A stretch of 64,000 nt of DNA from NCBI GenBank assembly GCA_023444045.1, contig JAEZRQ010000005.1, positions 37,726 through 101,725 of the forward strand. Reading direction: 5' to 3'. Every line of letters begins with the position of its first letter. The stretch's first letter is position 1. This stretch comes from Candidatus Parcubacteria bacterium (GTDB lineage: Bacteria > Patescibacteriota > Patescibacteriia > Patescibacteriales > UBA12465). This document shows positions 36,253 to 46,626 of the stretch, piece by piece. The notes beneath the pieces are model-generated. The model worked only from the letters and a program-made list of their open reading frames with translations. It made no database searches and was not told the DNA's origin. A program made the translations under genes and the position numbers.

Positions 36253-36393
36253 TTAATAAATAATCAAACCTAAAAAATTAATCTGCGGGGTGAACATTAA
36301 AATAATTTTTAGAATTAATAAGAAGACACCAATAAATAACATTCCAAAAACAATAACGGCGGTTGTAAAGAGAATTTTAAAAAGCTGTTCCAT
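36253..36393 (-). CDS. Possible 46-aa hydrophobic membrane peptide (below the ORF-track cutoff)
   Basis: Own translation: MEQLFKILFTTAVIVFGMLFIGVFLLILKIILMFTPQINFLGLIIY. The ATG lies 4 nt after the ftsQ-like stop, and the terminator follows. Confidence 0.4.
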   Translation of the reverse strand: MEQLFKILFTTAVIVFGMLFIGVFLLILKIILMFTPQINFLGLIIY

Positions 36394-36397
36394 ATAA

Positions 36398-37267
36398 TTA
36401 TTTGTTACCTATATAAACTTTGTCACCATACCTTAAATCAATATAATTAACACTACTTAAATTATCCTTTATTTTTTCCTTTTTGACAACTACTAATTTA
36501 TCAATTTGCTTGATAGGGTCATCTTTAATATTAAAATACACTATTAATCCATCGGAAAATGAGGCCTTAAGCATATTTAGCTCCTGGGTTAGCATGAATT
36601 TATCAATTTTAAGATCAGGGTATTTTAAGAGGTCTTCCCTAAGTGCAAAAATAAAATTAAGGTACTCTAAATTAATTTTTAGATAATCTTCCACAATCAA
36701 TGAATCAGGTGTTTGATTTTCAATTACAGGGAACTTACCTAAATCTTCATCAGTCACAGTGCTATCTGGAATAATATACCCTTTAGAATCACTATAATAC
36801 CTCTTCCCCGCCTCGCTCCAAATAAAAGCATAGGGGCGTTCTTCAATCTCTACTACCAGGGAGTTAAATAATTTTTTAGTAATTGAGATTTTGGAAAAAT
36901 TAAAATTAGACATTAAACTTTCTTCAGCTTCTGCGGTTTTAAATAATAAGAGGTTGTTTTGCTTAAGTAGCCAAAAAGATTTTTCTTCTGTTTGTTGCCA
37001 TAATATAGTAGAAATTGAATCTTCTGGTAGACGCCCTAGCCCACTCACTTTGATATCTTTAATTAAAAAAAATGGTGACAAAAATAAAAAATATAACAGC
37101 CCTAAAACTAAAATAATAAAAATTAATAAATAGATTTTCCAACTACAGAATTTTTTCTTTTTATTATTCTTAGTTGAACAAAAAAACGGATTCTTCAAGT
37201 TTTTAGCTTGATAATCTTTTTTAATATTATATTTATATTTTTTATTAATTCCCTTCTCTCTTGACAT
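36398..37267 (-). CDS. ftsQ: FtsQ/DivIB-like cell-division protein (POTRA)
   Basis: 289 aa. Basic N-terminus, single TM, then IKDIKVSGLGRLPEDSI (POTRA-like start). Confidence 0.6.
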   Translation of the reverse strand: MSREKGINKKYKYNIKKDYQAKNLKNPFFCSTKNNKKKKFCSWKIYLLIFIILVLGLLYFLFLSPFFLIKDIKVSGLGRLPEDSISTILWQQTEEKSFWLLKQNNLLLFKTAEAEESLMSNFNFSKISITKKLFNSLVVEIEERPYAFIWSEAGKRYYSDSKGYIIPDSTVTDEDLGKFPVIENQTPDSLIVEDYLKINLEYLNFIFALREDLLKYPDLKIDKFMLTQELNMLKASFSDGLIVYFNIKDDPIKQIDKLVVVKKEKIKDNLSSVNYIDLRYGDKVYIGNK

Positions 37268-37284
37268 ATTTTACTTTTTGTTTC

Positions 37285-38427
37285 TTAAGACACGTAACGT
37301 CTAATGTTTGCTTGTAGGCCCACTAAAAATTCATAGATAATTCCCTCTGATAATATTGTTAAGTTATCTAAAGAATTTGGCCTATCTTTGGCATTAGTAA
37401 TAATTTCTATTTTATCACCAATCTCACCAGCTAAATTACCTAAATCAAGACAAGTAAGATTCATACAAACATTACCAGCAATTTTTACCGGCAGCTTAGT
37501 TTCACCTTTTTTAAGCATAAAAGTAGCGCGACCAGATAATTTTCTCGGTAATCCCTCATAATAACCAAAAGGGATGACAGCAATTTTAGTTTTATGCTCC
37601 GCCATATATATTCCATTATAAGAAACTGTTTCCCCAATTTCTAAGTCTTGCAAAGAGATAATGGTAGAAGTTAAGGACAGAGCTGGTTTTAATGTTTCAG
37701 TTTTATAATAATCAGGACTACTCTTAGATAATGGTGAATAACCGTAAAGAGCTAAACCAGATCTAAAAGCCGTCAGATTTTCATCCTTGATAGTAAAAAT
37801 TCCCGCTGAATTACCTAAGTGAATCCACTTCGGATCGTAACCTGCCTCACGTAAAATCTTTAAACTATCTAAGAACACCGCTAACTGTCGATTATTACTA
37901 TCACCACCCTCTTCAGCGGCTAAAAGATGAGAACAAAGTCCAACCACTGCTACTTTTTTTAATAAATTTTTATTGTCAGCTAAAAACTTTTGCAAATCTT
38001 TGATCCCTTCACGATTCATGCCGGAATTAATAAATAGATGAACTTTTGCTTTTCCCAAAGAAGCTAAAGCTTCTAAAGAACTTTGATTATAAACACAGAA
38101 TTCCGTTCTTTTTAATTTACAATAGGAATAAACTTTTGGTGGCATTTCACTTAATATTAAAACCTTTCTCTTAAAATAACGATAAGCCACCTGAGCTTCT
38201 GGGAAAGAATCAACGGCCACCATTGGAGCGTCTGAATCATTAAGAATTTGACAGAGCTCCTTAAGACCATGCCCATAAGCATTTGATTTTAAAACCGGAA
38301 AAATAGCTGCCGCTTTTTGATTTTCTTGAAGTACCTTAAAATTATTTAAAATATTTTCTTTAGATATTTCAATGCTGTTTAGGGTTTCGTATTTTGGTTT
38401 TAGAAATTGTCTTAAAAAATTAATCAT
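37285..38427 (-). CDS. alr: Alanine racemase
   Basis: 380 aa. PLP-lysine motif VLKSNAYGHG. Overall two-domain length. Confidence 0.88.
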   Translation of the reverse strand: MINFLRQFLKPKYETLNSIEISKENILNNFKVLQENQKAAAIFPVLKSNAYGHGLKELCQILNDSDAPMVAVDSFPEAQVAYRYFKRKVLILSEMPPKVYSYCKLKRTEFCVYNQSSLEALASLGKAKVHLFINSGMNREGIKDLQKFLADNKNLLKKVAVVGLCSHLLAAEEGGDSNNRQLAVFLDSLKILREAGYDPKWIHLGNSAGIFTIKDENLTAFRSGLALYGYSPLSKSSPDYYKTETLKPALSLTSTIISLQDLEIGETVSYNGIYMAEHKTKIAVIPFGYYEGLPRKLSGRATFMLKKGETKLPVKIAGNVCMNLTCLDLGNLAGEIGDKIEIITNAKDRPNSLDNLTILSEGIIYEFLVGLQANIRRYVS

Positions 38428-38429
38428 GT

Positions 38430-39509
38430 CTATTTTATTACTTCTCCCTGCCCTTGATTAATTGAGTCAAGTGGTAAGTTAGTGTTAATTGAATTTAAAC
38501 GTCCACTTAAATTCTCTCCGGTATAAGCATCAACTGCTAGGTAGGAAATATTATCAATTAGGGTTGGAGTTTTCCCTAAATCATTTTCTGATGGTAAAAA
38601 TTGCACTTCAAAACCGACCTTATAACTACCATTATCCGCCCCCAAATCTTTAACTGTCCAAGTAACTCTTTTTTGATTTTCATTATAACCAAATTCCCCG
38701 GCGGTCAGAGTTTTTCGGTTAGAAATAGTTACCCCAGGGGCTAATTTGGCGCTCACCGCCAGGTTTTTTAAATCATTATTAAAGTCACTTGCCTCAAAGA
38801 AAACCCAATAATTAGTAGGGATGCCAACAATCGGCGGAATTGGTCCACTGCCTAATTGATCGCCAAACTGACTATTGTAGTAAGCGGCGGCACTAACTTT
38901 GACATCGGTATTAATTTTTAGCGATGGTAAATTAAAATAAATCTTGCCCAGCTCCTCTTCTGATGAATAAGAAGTTTGTATCCCCCAATCAATCAGACGC
39001 CAAGAATCATTTCTTGAACTAATAGTTAAATCAATATCTAATTCTAAATGTTCTCTAGCCTCTAGTGATTCTAAAATAAGCTGATTATTTTTGACAGTTG
39101 CTTTTTCATCTGTAACTTTTAAAGCGCTAATCCGAAAAGTATTATTTACAAAAGCCGGAACAAGTTCAATATTTTTCAACTCTTTATCAGTATTGTTTTT
39201 TATGAGTAAGTTTAATTTAAAGCTTTGACCAAGAGAAATATTATTTTTTTCTAAATTAGCTTCTAGGGATAAATATTCAATCGTAGTGGTGGCCCCAGCA
39301 AACGGCCGATGTTCTACTGGAGTAGGATCAATCACTTGGTTTGACTTCTGAGAATACACCAAAAGAAGATTAATAAGTAAAACAATAATTACTAAAAGCA
39401 GAAAGATATCAGCAAATAAATGCCAATGGTGTTTTAAATAATATTTTGCTTTTCTCTTAAACCACCAGCCTTTTAATTTTTTAAACATATATTTAAAATT
39501 AGAAATCAC
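38430..39509 (-). CDS. Membrane-anchored hypothetical protein, beta-rich (DUF11/CARDB-like, tentative)
   Basis: 359 aa. N-terminal TM HLFADIFLLLVIIVLLINLLLVY. Overlaps the upstream gene by 11 nt. Confidence 0.65.
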   Translation of the reverse strand: MISNFKYMFKKLKGWWFKRKAKYYLKHHWHLFADIFLLLVIIVLLINLLLVYSQKSNQVIDPTPVEHRPFAGATTTIEYLSLEANLEKNNISLGQSFKLNLLIKNNTDKELKNIELVPAFVNNTFRISALKVTDEKATVKNNQLILESLEAREHLELDIDLTISSRNDSWRLIDWGIQTSYSSEEELGKIYFNLPSLKINTDVKVSAAAYYNSQFGDQLGSGPIPPIVGIPTNYWVFFEASDFNNDLKNLAVSAKLAPGVTISNRKTLTAGEFGYNENQKRVTWTVKDLGADNGSYKVGFEVQFLPSENDLGKTPTLIDNISYLAVDAYTGENLSGRLNSINTNLPLDSINQGQGEVIK

Positions 39510-41187
39510 TAATACCGGTTAAAATTTCGGCGACCCCATTAGCATCTAAATCATCTACCGCTACTGTAATACCACCGCGATATGAGGATTCATAAGCCAT
39601 AAAGCTACCTTTTATATTACCTCTTAAATCAAAAATACGCACGTGGGGACCGCCGCCTTTACCAGCGCCAGTCACTATTTCGGACATTCCATCACCATCA
39701 ACATCACCAAGTGACATATTAAAAGAACCTTTATAATCACCGTAAGGCTTAAAGGATAAGTCTGTTTTACCGTTACTACTGATTGTTAAAACACCTCTAC
39801 TCGCTGAAGCAATTTGGGTTTCCTGGCGCTTAAAAAAGTCGGCAACTAGAAGTGATTGGCTACCAGCATAACCATCTAAATAAGCAAAAAAACCATTCCT
39901 AGTCTGTGAACCTTTAAGATCAAAAACTCTGAAAAAATAACCGTTAAAAAAACTATTATTTTTAATAAGCGTATTAGTCTTAAGTAGAATCAAACCATCG
40001 CGCGGATTAATTCTGACCCAATTAACTTTCTGTCCATTGTTAACCGCTGGATCTTGCAGACCTCTGATTTTTTCAAACTCCTCCTTATTAAAAACATAAG
40101 TCTGCACTTTATCAGTAGAATTAACTAAAGCAATGCCACCACTAAAATCAGTACGCCAGAGACCAGGTTTAATCGTTTTATTATTTTTATCTAGCAAATT
40201 ATAAGACCCGTTTTGTTTAGCCCCTAAATTGACATCAAATTCATCATACCACCACATACGACCATGATCTTGTGGTCCATAATCAAAACTATAATAAGCA
40301 TTACCCATTAAAGCACTGGCTAGTCCGTAACGAAAATCAGCATAATCGTTTTGATTACCAGAAGCACCGTTAATGATGTTATATGATTGGTTAGCATCCG
40401 GCAGTTTAAAATAAGTCTGCATCACGCCTTGCCACGAACCACCGTTTTGCCAAGGAGTGGGAAAATCTTCTAGCATCCAGCCATTTAAATACTTTTTATA
40501 CTCCGGAATAAAACTACCATTAGCAATGATTATAGCCGAAGGGTAAAGTTCTCGGGTTTTAGAAAAAAGTTTTATTACCCCCGTACGCCAGGCACTATCT
40601 AATTCCGTGGCGGAATTTTTACGTCCGTTGTTTGATAAAGAAATATCGCCCCCATTAAACCAAGAGGCGCCATTCCAAGTATTATCATAAAATACACCAT
40701 CCCAAAAACCTGATGATAAAATATTTTCTGCTACAAAACGAGGCAAGAAATCGTTAAATTTTTCACCAGCATTACTTTTTGGGCAATAGTCAGTTATATT
40801 TAAAACATAAGCACTGGGCCAATCAGATAGACGATTGCCGCCAGAATCTCTAAGCCACCAAGAATCACTAATCTCTTGTCTTAGCTTATTCCTTAAGGAA
40901 GAATTATCTGGCGAAAAACTAACATCAAATAAGTTCTGTGAAGTGATATAAGCAATGATTTTAACATCTGGATTCAAACGCCTAATTAATCGTAGTTCAT
41001 CGGGATTGTTTTCTTGCAACTCCATATCCAAAACTAGCAAATCCCATTTTACTAGTTCACGCGCCTGATCTTCATTAATAGACCAGTGTAAAAAGTAATT
41101 AACTGTTTTTGGATTTTTCTCCTGAGCCTCTAAAAAAATAGGAATCATTAAACAGGTCAGGATTAAAAGGGTCGCAACTTTTCTCAT
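39499..41187 (-). CDS. Exported glycoside-hydrolase-like TIM-barrel protein (GH114/TM1410-like, tentative) with C-terminal FG-GAP/VCBS repeats
   Basis: 562 aa. Signal peptide. Paralogous to 21170..22201. C-terminal GDVDGDGMSEIVTGAGKGGGPHVRIFD and DDLDANGVAEILTG are FG-GAP-like. Confidence 0.65.
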   Translation of the reverse strand: MRKVATLLILTCLMIPIFLEAQEKNPKTVNYFLHWSINEDQARELVKWDLLVLDMELQENNPDELRLIRRLNPDVKIIAYITSQNLFDVSFSPDNSSLRNKLRQEISDSWWLRDSGGNRLSDWPSAYVLNITDYCPKSNAGEKFNDFLPRFVAENILSSGFWDGVFYDNTWNGASWFNGGDISLSNNGRKNSATELDSAWRTGVIKLFSKTRELYPSAIIIANGSFIPEYKKYLNGWMLEDFPTPWQNGGSWQGVMQTYFKLPDANQSYNIINGASGNQNDYADFRYGLASALMGNAYYSFDYGPQDHGRMWWYDEFDVNLGAKQNGSYNLLDKNNKTIKPGLWRTDFSGGIALVNSTDKVQTYVFNKEEFEKIRGLQDPAVNNGQKVNWVRINPRDGLILLKTNTLIKNNSFFNGYFFRVFDLKGSQTRNGFFAYLDGYAGSQSLLVADFFKRQETQIASASRGVLTISSNGKTDLSFKPYGDYKGSFNMSLGDVDGDGMSEIVTGAGKGGGPHVRIFDLRGNIKGSFMAYESSYRGGITVAVDDLDANGVAEILTGISDF

Positions 41188-42446
41188 TATTTTTTAATTG
41201 GTTTAATAATACTTTCTTTAAATGGTAAATATTGTCTTAAAACTTCAGGAATAATAACTGAGCCATCTTCTTGTTGAAATTGTTCTAAAATAGCGGGTAG
41301 TAAACGACTAGTAGCTAATCCCGAGGCATTTAAAGTATGAACAAATTCAGTGCCGTCAGAATTTTTATCTTTAAATCTAGTACTACCACGACGAGCTTGA
41401 TAATCAAGGGCGTTACTAATAGAACTAACTTCTTTATAAATATTCATACTCGGAATCCAAACTTCAACGTCATAAGTTTTAGCCATCGCGGCACTACAAT
41501 CACCGGCCGCTAGTTTTGATAGTTGATAGTGAAGCCCTAAACCTTCTACTAATTTTTGGGCATTAGCACTTAATTCCTCAAACATCTTCCAAGAATCTTC
41601 TGGGCGACAAAAGACAAACATTTCAATTTTATTAAACTGATGACCACGAATCATACCTCTTTCTTCTTGGCGATATGAACCAGCTTCCCTTCTAAAACAA
41701 GCTGAATAAGAGCAGTATTTCAAAGGTAAATCTTCACCATTTAAAATTTCCTCACGATAATAATTACCCATCATCATTTCGGAGGTAGCATTAAGACAAG
41801 TCCCGTCTTGAGTCCAAAATAACTCATCTCTAAACTTAGGTAGGTGCCCAGAGGTGTAAGCTGATTTTTCTGATAACAAAAATGGTGGAATCATAAAGCG
41901 GTAGCCATTTTTAGTATGAAAATCAATAAAATAAGACAAAAGAGCCCATTCCAACAGAGCTCCTAATCCGGTGTAACACCAGAAACCAGAACCAGACATT
42001 TTAGTCGCCCTCTCATAATCAATTAGCCCTAAAGAGGTAGCTAAATCAACATGATTTTTGGGTTCAAAATTAAATTGTGGCTGTTTACCAAAAGTATAAA
42101 CCACCTCATTATTTTCTTTGCCACCAGGAACAACATCATCGGCTGGAGTGTTAGGTAGAGCGCCTAATTTTTCTTGCAAGTCTTTTTCTACTTCATCTAA
42201 AATTTCTTTCTTCTCATTTATTTTAAGACTATATTCTTTAAGCTCAGCAATGATTTCTGGAGTCGGCTTGGTTTTTGATAATTTATTTTTATAAGCCTGC
42301 ATTTCCTCAAACTCTTTAGTTAGAGTTCTTCTTTTTTCATCTAAGTTAATGATAGTCTCAAGATCTAAATCTTCAGGTGCTATTTTTTTTAGTAAAGCTT
42401 TTTTTACTTCATCAAAATTGTCACGAATGCGTTTAATGTCTAACAT
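41187..42446 (-). CDS. serS: Seryl-tRNA synthetase
   Basis: 419 aa. N-terminal coiled-coil arm MLDIKRIRDNFDEV. Class II core motifs (FRREAGS..., GLATSRLL). Confidence 0.93.
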   Translation of the reverse strand: MLDIKRIRDNFDEVKKALLKKIAPEDLDLETIINLDEKRRTLTKEFEEMQAYKNKLSKTKPTPEIIAELKEYSLKINEKKEILDEVEKDLQEKLGALPNTPADDVVPGGKENNEVVYTFGKQPQFNFEPKNHVDLATSLGLIDYERATKMSGSGFWCYTGLGALLEWALLSYFIDFHTKNGYRFMIPPFLLSEKSAYTSGHLPKFRDELFWTQDGTCLNATSEMMMGNYYREEILNGEDLPLKYCSYSACFRREAGSYRQEERGMIRGHQFNKIEMFVFCRPEDSWKMFEELSANAQKLVEGLGLHYQLSKLAAGDCSAAMAKTYDVEVWIPSMNIYKEVSSISNALDYQARRGSTRFKDKNSDGTEFVHTLNASGLATSRLLPAILEQFQQEDGSVIIPEVLRQYLPFKESIIKPIKK

Positions 42447-42455
42447 ATATTTATT

Positions 42456-44087
42456 TTAATTGATAACCTCGCCACCAAAAGTCTGTAGCAAATTATTAAG
42501 CAAACCATCGGCACTAGCATTATCTTCTTGATTATTTTCTGATTTTTTTTGTTCACTGGTTTCTGTATTTTCCGCCGCAGCGGAAGAAGGCGCCATTGAA
42601 TTCATGTCATCTAAATTAAGGTTTTCATCAATTATTAAGTTAAGCCCCAAACAAACACCATAGACATCTAGTAAACTCTTTTCTACCAGCGGTTTGATAT
42701 TAGGATCGGAAATACGGTCACGATGAAATTTATATTTAAAAACTAACGCCAACTTACCGTCACTTACCCCCTCAACGCGACAATTTTGTAAAATAAAAGA
42801 TAGTGAGTGATTGGCCCCTTTTAAACGGACCAAAAATTCTGGCCATTTAGTCAACACTTCTGCGGCCGCTAAATTACAATTAAGGTCGTAGTTTGCTTTT
42901 GGTTCAGGATTATCTTTCGGAGCTTCTTTCTTTAGCTCCTGACTTACGCTAAGAGATTCAATTTTAGTTTTAGGCGGCAGCACAACCGTCTTATTAGTTA
43001 AACACAGCTCCACAATTTTCATCTCTAGTGGTAACTGGGCAATAAAAGAATTATTGTGATTGTGGTAAAGACTTAAAAAGGCTTCTAGATAAGTAATTAT
43101 TTTTTCATTATCCAAACCATTACTGAGTTCTAAAATTTTCATTTCTAAACTACTACCCAAATCTAAGCCCAAGCTCTCGGCAAGTCCCGGATTAGCTTTA
43201 TTAAGAAGAATTTTTCTTAAGACGACAATTCCTTCACCTAAAAAGTTTTTTAAATTTAAACCACTATTTACGCTGGTATTAACTAATTTAATGGCCGCAC
43301 TAGCATCTTTTTTAGCAATGAGCTCTAGAAGATCAATAATCTCATTGTGATGGTGTTTAGGAATAATTAATTCTGCTTGTTCCCAAGTAATTTTTCCATC
43401 ACCGAGCGACAAAACCTGACCAAGTAAACTTTCGGCATCACGTAGATGACCATCAGCTTGCCTGGCAATTGCTTCCAAAACTTCTGAATCAATCTCCGCC
43501 TTTTCTTTAATAGTAATATTTTTTAACTTGCTAACAATATCTGAAACACTAATTCTCTTAAAATCAAAACGTTCGCAGCGAGAAATAATTGTTCCCGGAA
43601 CTTTGTGGACTTCCGTGGTACATAAAACAAACACGACATTTTTCGGTGGTTCTTCTAAAGTTTTAAGCAGTGCATTCCAAGCAGAAATAGAAAGCATGTG
43701 CACTTCATCAATAATAAAAACCCGGTAGCTCGCTGATGATGGCGCTATCCTGACAGAAGCAATAATATTTTCCCGAACATTATCAACGCCAGTATTAGAG
43801 GCAGCATCAATCTCAATAATATCTAAATTAGCGCCACTGGAAATACTTTGACAACTAGCACAAGTATTACAAGGCTCACTCTCTGATTCTTTTCTTTTTA
43901 GACAGTTAAGTGATTTAGCTAGTACTCTGGCTAGAGTAGTCTTACCAACCGCCCGAGGACCACAAAAAAGATAGGCATGAGGAATCTTGCCACTAGCAAT
44001 TTCATTTTGCAGAGCAATCTTAATATGGTTTTGGCCAAAAACTTCTGAAAAATTATTTGGTCGGTAATCGCGATATAAAGTAGACAT
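42456..44087 (-). CDS. dnaX: DNA polymerase III subunit gamma/tau
   Basis: 543 aa. YRPNNFSEVFGQNHI, GPRAVGKTT, zinc module CNTCASC, DEVHMLS and SRC motif IISRCERF. Confidence 0.92.
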   Translation of the reverse strand: MSTLYRDYRPNNFSEVFGQNHIKIALQNEIASGKIPHAYLFCGPRAVGKTTLARVLAKSLNCLKRKESESEPCNTCASCQSISSGANLDIIEIDAASNTGVDNVRENIIASVRIAPSSASYRVFIIDEVHMLSISAWNALLKTLEEPPKNVVFVLCTTEVHKVPGTIISRCERFDFKRISVSDIVSKLKNITIKEKAEIDSEVLEAIARQADGHLRDAESLLGQVLSLGDGKITWEQAELIIPKHHHNEIIDLLELIAKKDASAAIKLVNTSVNSGLNLKNFLGEGIVVLRKILLNKANPGLAESLGLDLGSSLEMKILELSNGLDNEKIITYLEAFLSLYHNHNNSFIAQLPLEMKIVELCLTNKTVVLPPKTKIESLSVSQELKKEAPKDNPEPKANYDLNCNLAAAEVLTKWPEFLVRLKGANHSLSFILQNCRVEGVSDGKLALVFKYKFHRDRISDPNIKPLVEKSLLDVYGVCLGLNLIIDENLNLDDMNSMAPSSAAAENTETSEQKKSENNQEDNASADGLLNNLLQTFGGEVIN

Positions 44088-44104
44088 AAGTATTGTGTTT
44101 TTTA

Positions 44105-46618
44105 TTAATCTAATGGACTTTTCGTCTGCTGTAAAGTGCTATCACTGCGGCGACTAATTTCCATTTCTACCAGGCGCCGATCTTGTCCAAATTTAAGGCG
44201 AGACAGAGTCTTAATTTTAGCAATCATTTCTTTACGCGCCGCCCCTAAAATTGGCCAGATGCCTTTGATAGAAAAAGGTCTAGTAGTACTATTGTCAACC
44301 AGTAGTTTTAGACAAGCAGAGCCTTTATCAATATTTATTAAATCAAATTCATTAAAAACTGGAGCGAACTCTTTAACTAAGAAGTCAGCATCTTCAGAAC
44401 CAACTTTAAAACTCAGCATCGTACCAACGTTACCAAAGACGGCATCTTTTATAGCACTATCTTGCCCCTTAGAAAGCTGACCAATGTATTGATGAGCAAT
44501 CACTAAATTAAGGCCGTATTTTCTAGCCTCAGACAGTATCTGACAGACTGAGTTAGTGGTAAAGTTTTGAAATTCATCTATGTAAAGATAAAAATCTTTG
44601 CGTTCACTAGCTGGCATATCTGCTCTTGAAAGTGAGGCCATTAAAATTTTACCTACAATAATCATACCTAAAAGATAGGCATTCATTTCACCGACTACCC
44701 CCTTTGAAAGTTCTACTAACAAAATTTTCTGATTGTCCATGAGGTCGCGGAAGTTAAAAGAACTTTTTTGCTGACCAATAATCGGCCGCATCATATCATT
44801 GGAAATAAAAGAGGTTAATTTGGAGGTAATGTAAGGTACGATGTTAGCAAGGGCAGCTTCCCCACCCGCCTTTTCCGCTTCGTTATGCCAAAAGTCAACC
44901 ACTGTTTGGTTTTTACAACGAGATAGTTTAAGACGACGGAATTTTTCATCAGCTAATACTTTAGGAATTTCCATCAGCGTTGAACCGCTTTCTGGGTCAT
45001 CCATAATTAAAAGCATGGCATTTCTCATGTACTGCTCAAACATTGGTCCACCAGTCGCTTTAAGATCATATAACTTATCAAAAATACCAATCATTTCATT
45101 AATCACAAAACTTTTCTGTTCGGGATATCTAGGATCAAATTCAAGCAGATTAAGAGCTAGTGGTCGTTCTAAATCGGCTGGTGAAAAAACAATTACGTCC
45201 TCGGCTCTTTCTGGAGGAATACGTTCTAAAATATCAGAAATTAAATCACCATGAGGGTCAAGTACGCAAATACCCTCGCCATTAGCAATATCTTGAACAG
45301 CCATGTTAGTTAGCATCACTGACTTACCGACACCGGATTTACCAATGATATACATATGGCGGCGCCTATCCTCTCGTTTAATCCTAATTTCTTTTTTAAC
45401 ACCGCGATAAACATTTTCACCAAGTAAAATACCCTCCGTGGGGATGTCAGCCGGGGCGGGCGCTGTTTTAGCGGTTAACCACAAAATGTTTGGGGTTTCG
45501 GTAAATTTAAGAGGTAAATGAAAAATACTAACTAGCTCCTCAGTATTTAACAGAAAAGAAATTTTATCTTGAAAGCGACGATAAATAAAATCTTCAACTA
45601 AAGAATTTCCACTCTCGCTCATTCTAGAAAAATTATTGCCATAAGAATAATTATTGTACTCACTAAAAGCACTGGCAATGTTTTCTAAATATAATTTAGA
45701 TTGAGCTTTTGTCTTAGAACAAACAACTACCCTAACATTAACATCCAGCCCCGACTTAGAATTTTTTTCTTCCATCGCTTTAAGCATTTCTTTTTCCACT
45801 TCAGTGAGAATTTTAGGAGGAGTGGGAGTATTTATCTCTTTTGGCTTGTTACTAGCTGTTACAAAAGAAAAAAGATCCAAAATTGGATTGCTTGTTTTAA
45901 GTCCCTGTTCTACCGAATTCTTTTCCATTATTTTAGCCACCACCTTTTTAAGATGGGCGTGCCAAGCAGGAGCGGCACTTCTAACCACATATTGAATAGC
46001 AATACTTTCATCTTTTGACAGTTTAGACATGACGTTAATAAGGGAATTCATCGGATCAACCTCCATTTTCTGATAGGTCTTGATTGGGAAGATATAGCTT
46101 TTTTTAGTCTTTAGATAACCAGCTGCTACCTGAGAGTCTGGTGAGAAAGAATTATAATCCTCAATTTCCTCAATGAGCGCTTCGGGATAATGGGCGTGAA
46201 TCTGTTGTTCTAGATAACGAGCATGAGTTTTGGGAGTGGCGACATAAAAAGCAATTTTATTTTGACTGGCAACCACCTCAAAAGAAAAATGATCTTGACG
46301 ACCATAAAGCCAAGACAGAAAACCTTTCTCCGCCTTAAGACCACCAATACTGGCAAAAATAGTTTCTCCTTTAGCAATTTCTTCTTTAAGTTGGGAAACG
46401 GTATAAGTATTTTCAGCATCTTTTGGTTTTTCTTTTGGTAATTTTATTAAAAAAATTTGATGTTCAAAATAACTATTATTAACGGCCGAGCGTTTAATAA
46501 AAAAGCGAGCCACAAAAATTAAAACCGGAACTAAAAATAAAATCAAAAACGCAAAAAACAGCCAGAAATAGCTGCTTGCGACCAAATCTTTTAATCCTAA
46601 AGAAAGAAAATCTAACAT
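44105..46618 (-). CDS. Membrane-anchored P-loop ATPase of the VirD4/TraG/HerA-FtsK type (T4SS coupling-protein-like) with a large unknown N-terminal domain
   Basis: 837 aa. N-terminal TM. Walker A GKSGVGKS, VLDPHGDL, Walker B YLYIDEFQNF and VIAHQYIGQL. The first ~380 aa have no motif I recognise. Confidence 0.7.
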   Translation of the reverse strand: MLDFLSLGLKDLVASSYFWLFFAFLILFLVPVLIFVARFFIKRSAVNNSYFEHQIFLIKLPKEKPKDAENTYTVSQLKEEIAKGETIFASIGGLKAEKGFLSWLYGRQDHFSFEVVASQNKIAFYVATPKTHARYLEQQIHAHYPEALIEEIEDYNSFSPDSQVAAGYLKTKKSYIFPIKTYQKMEVDPMNSLINVMSKLSKDESIAIQYVVRSAAPAWHAHLKKVVAKIMEKNSVEQGLKTSNPILDLFSFVTASNKPKEINTPTPPKILTEVEKEMLKAMEEKNSKSGLDVNVRVVVCSKTKAQSKLYLENIASAFSEYNNYSYGNNFSRMSESGNSLVEDFIYRRFQDKISFLLNTEELVSIFHLPLKFTETPNILWLTAKTAPAPADIPTEGILLGENVYRGVKKEIRIKREDRRRHMYIIGKSGVGKSVMLTNMAVQDIANGEGICVLDPHGDLISDILERIPPERAEDVIVFSPADLERPLALNLLEFDPRYPEQKSFVINEMIGIFDKLYDLKATGGPMFEQYMRNAMLLIMDDPESGSTLMEIPKVLADEKFRRLKLSRCKNQTVVDFWHNEAEKAGGEAALANIVPYITSKLTSFISNDMMRPIIGQQKSSFNFRDLMDNQKILLVELSKGVVGEMNAYLLGMIIVGKILMASLSRADMPASERKDFYLYIDEFQNFTTNSVCQILSEARKYGLNLVIAHQYIGQLSKGQDSAIKDAVFGNVGTMLSFKVGSEDADFLVKEFAPVFNEFDLINIDKGSACLKLLVDNSTTRPFSIKGIWPILGAARKEMIAKIKTLSRLKFGQDRRLVEMEISRRSDSTLQQTKSPLD

Positions 46619-46626
46619 AAATTAAA

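Noticed and set aside
42543-42550. A8 run in dnaX, considered as a programmed -1 frameshift site (tau/gamma)
   Set aside because: It lies about 30 codons from the stop, not at the domain III/IV boundary. It has no downstream hairpin or upstream SD-like stimulator.
44136-46441. Several antisense or alternative-frame ORFs (44136..44480, 44841..45254, 45701..46018, 45804..45995, 46210..46419, 46223..46441) within the 837-aa ATPase gene
   Set aside because: The ATPase frame carries ordered Walker A/B motifs across the region. The others have no motifs or signals.
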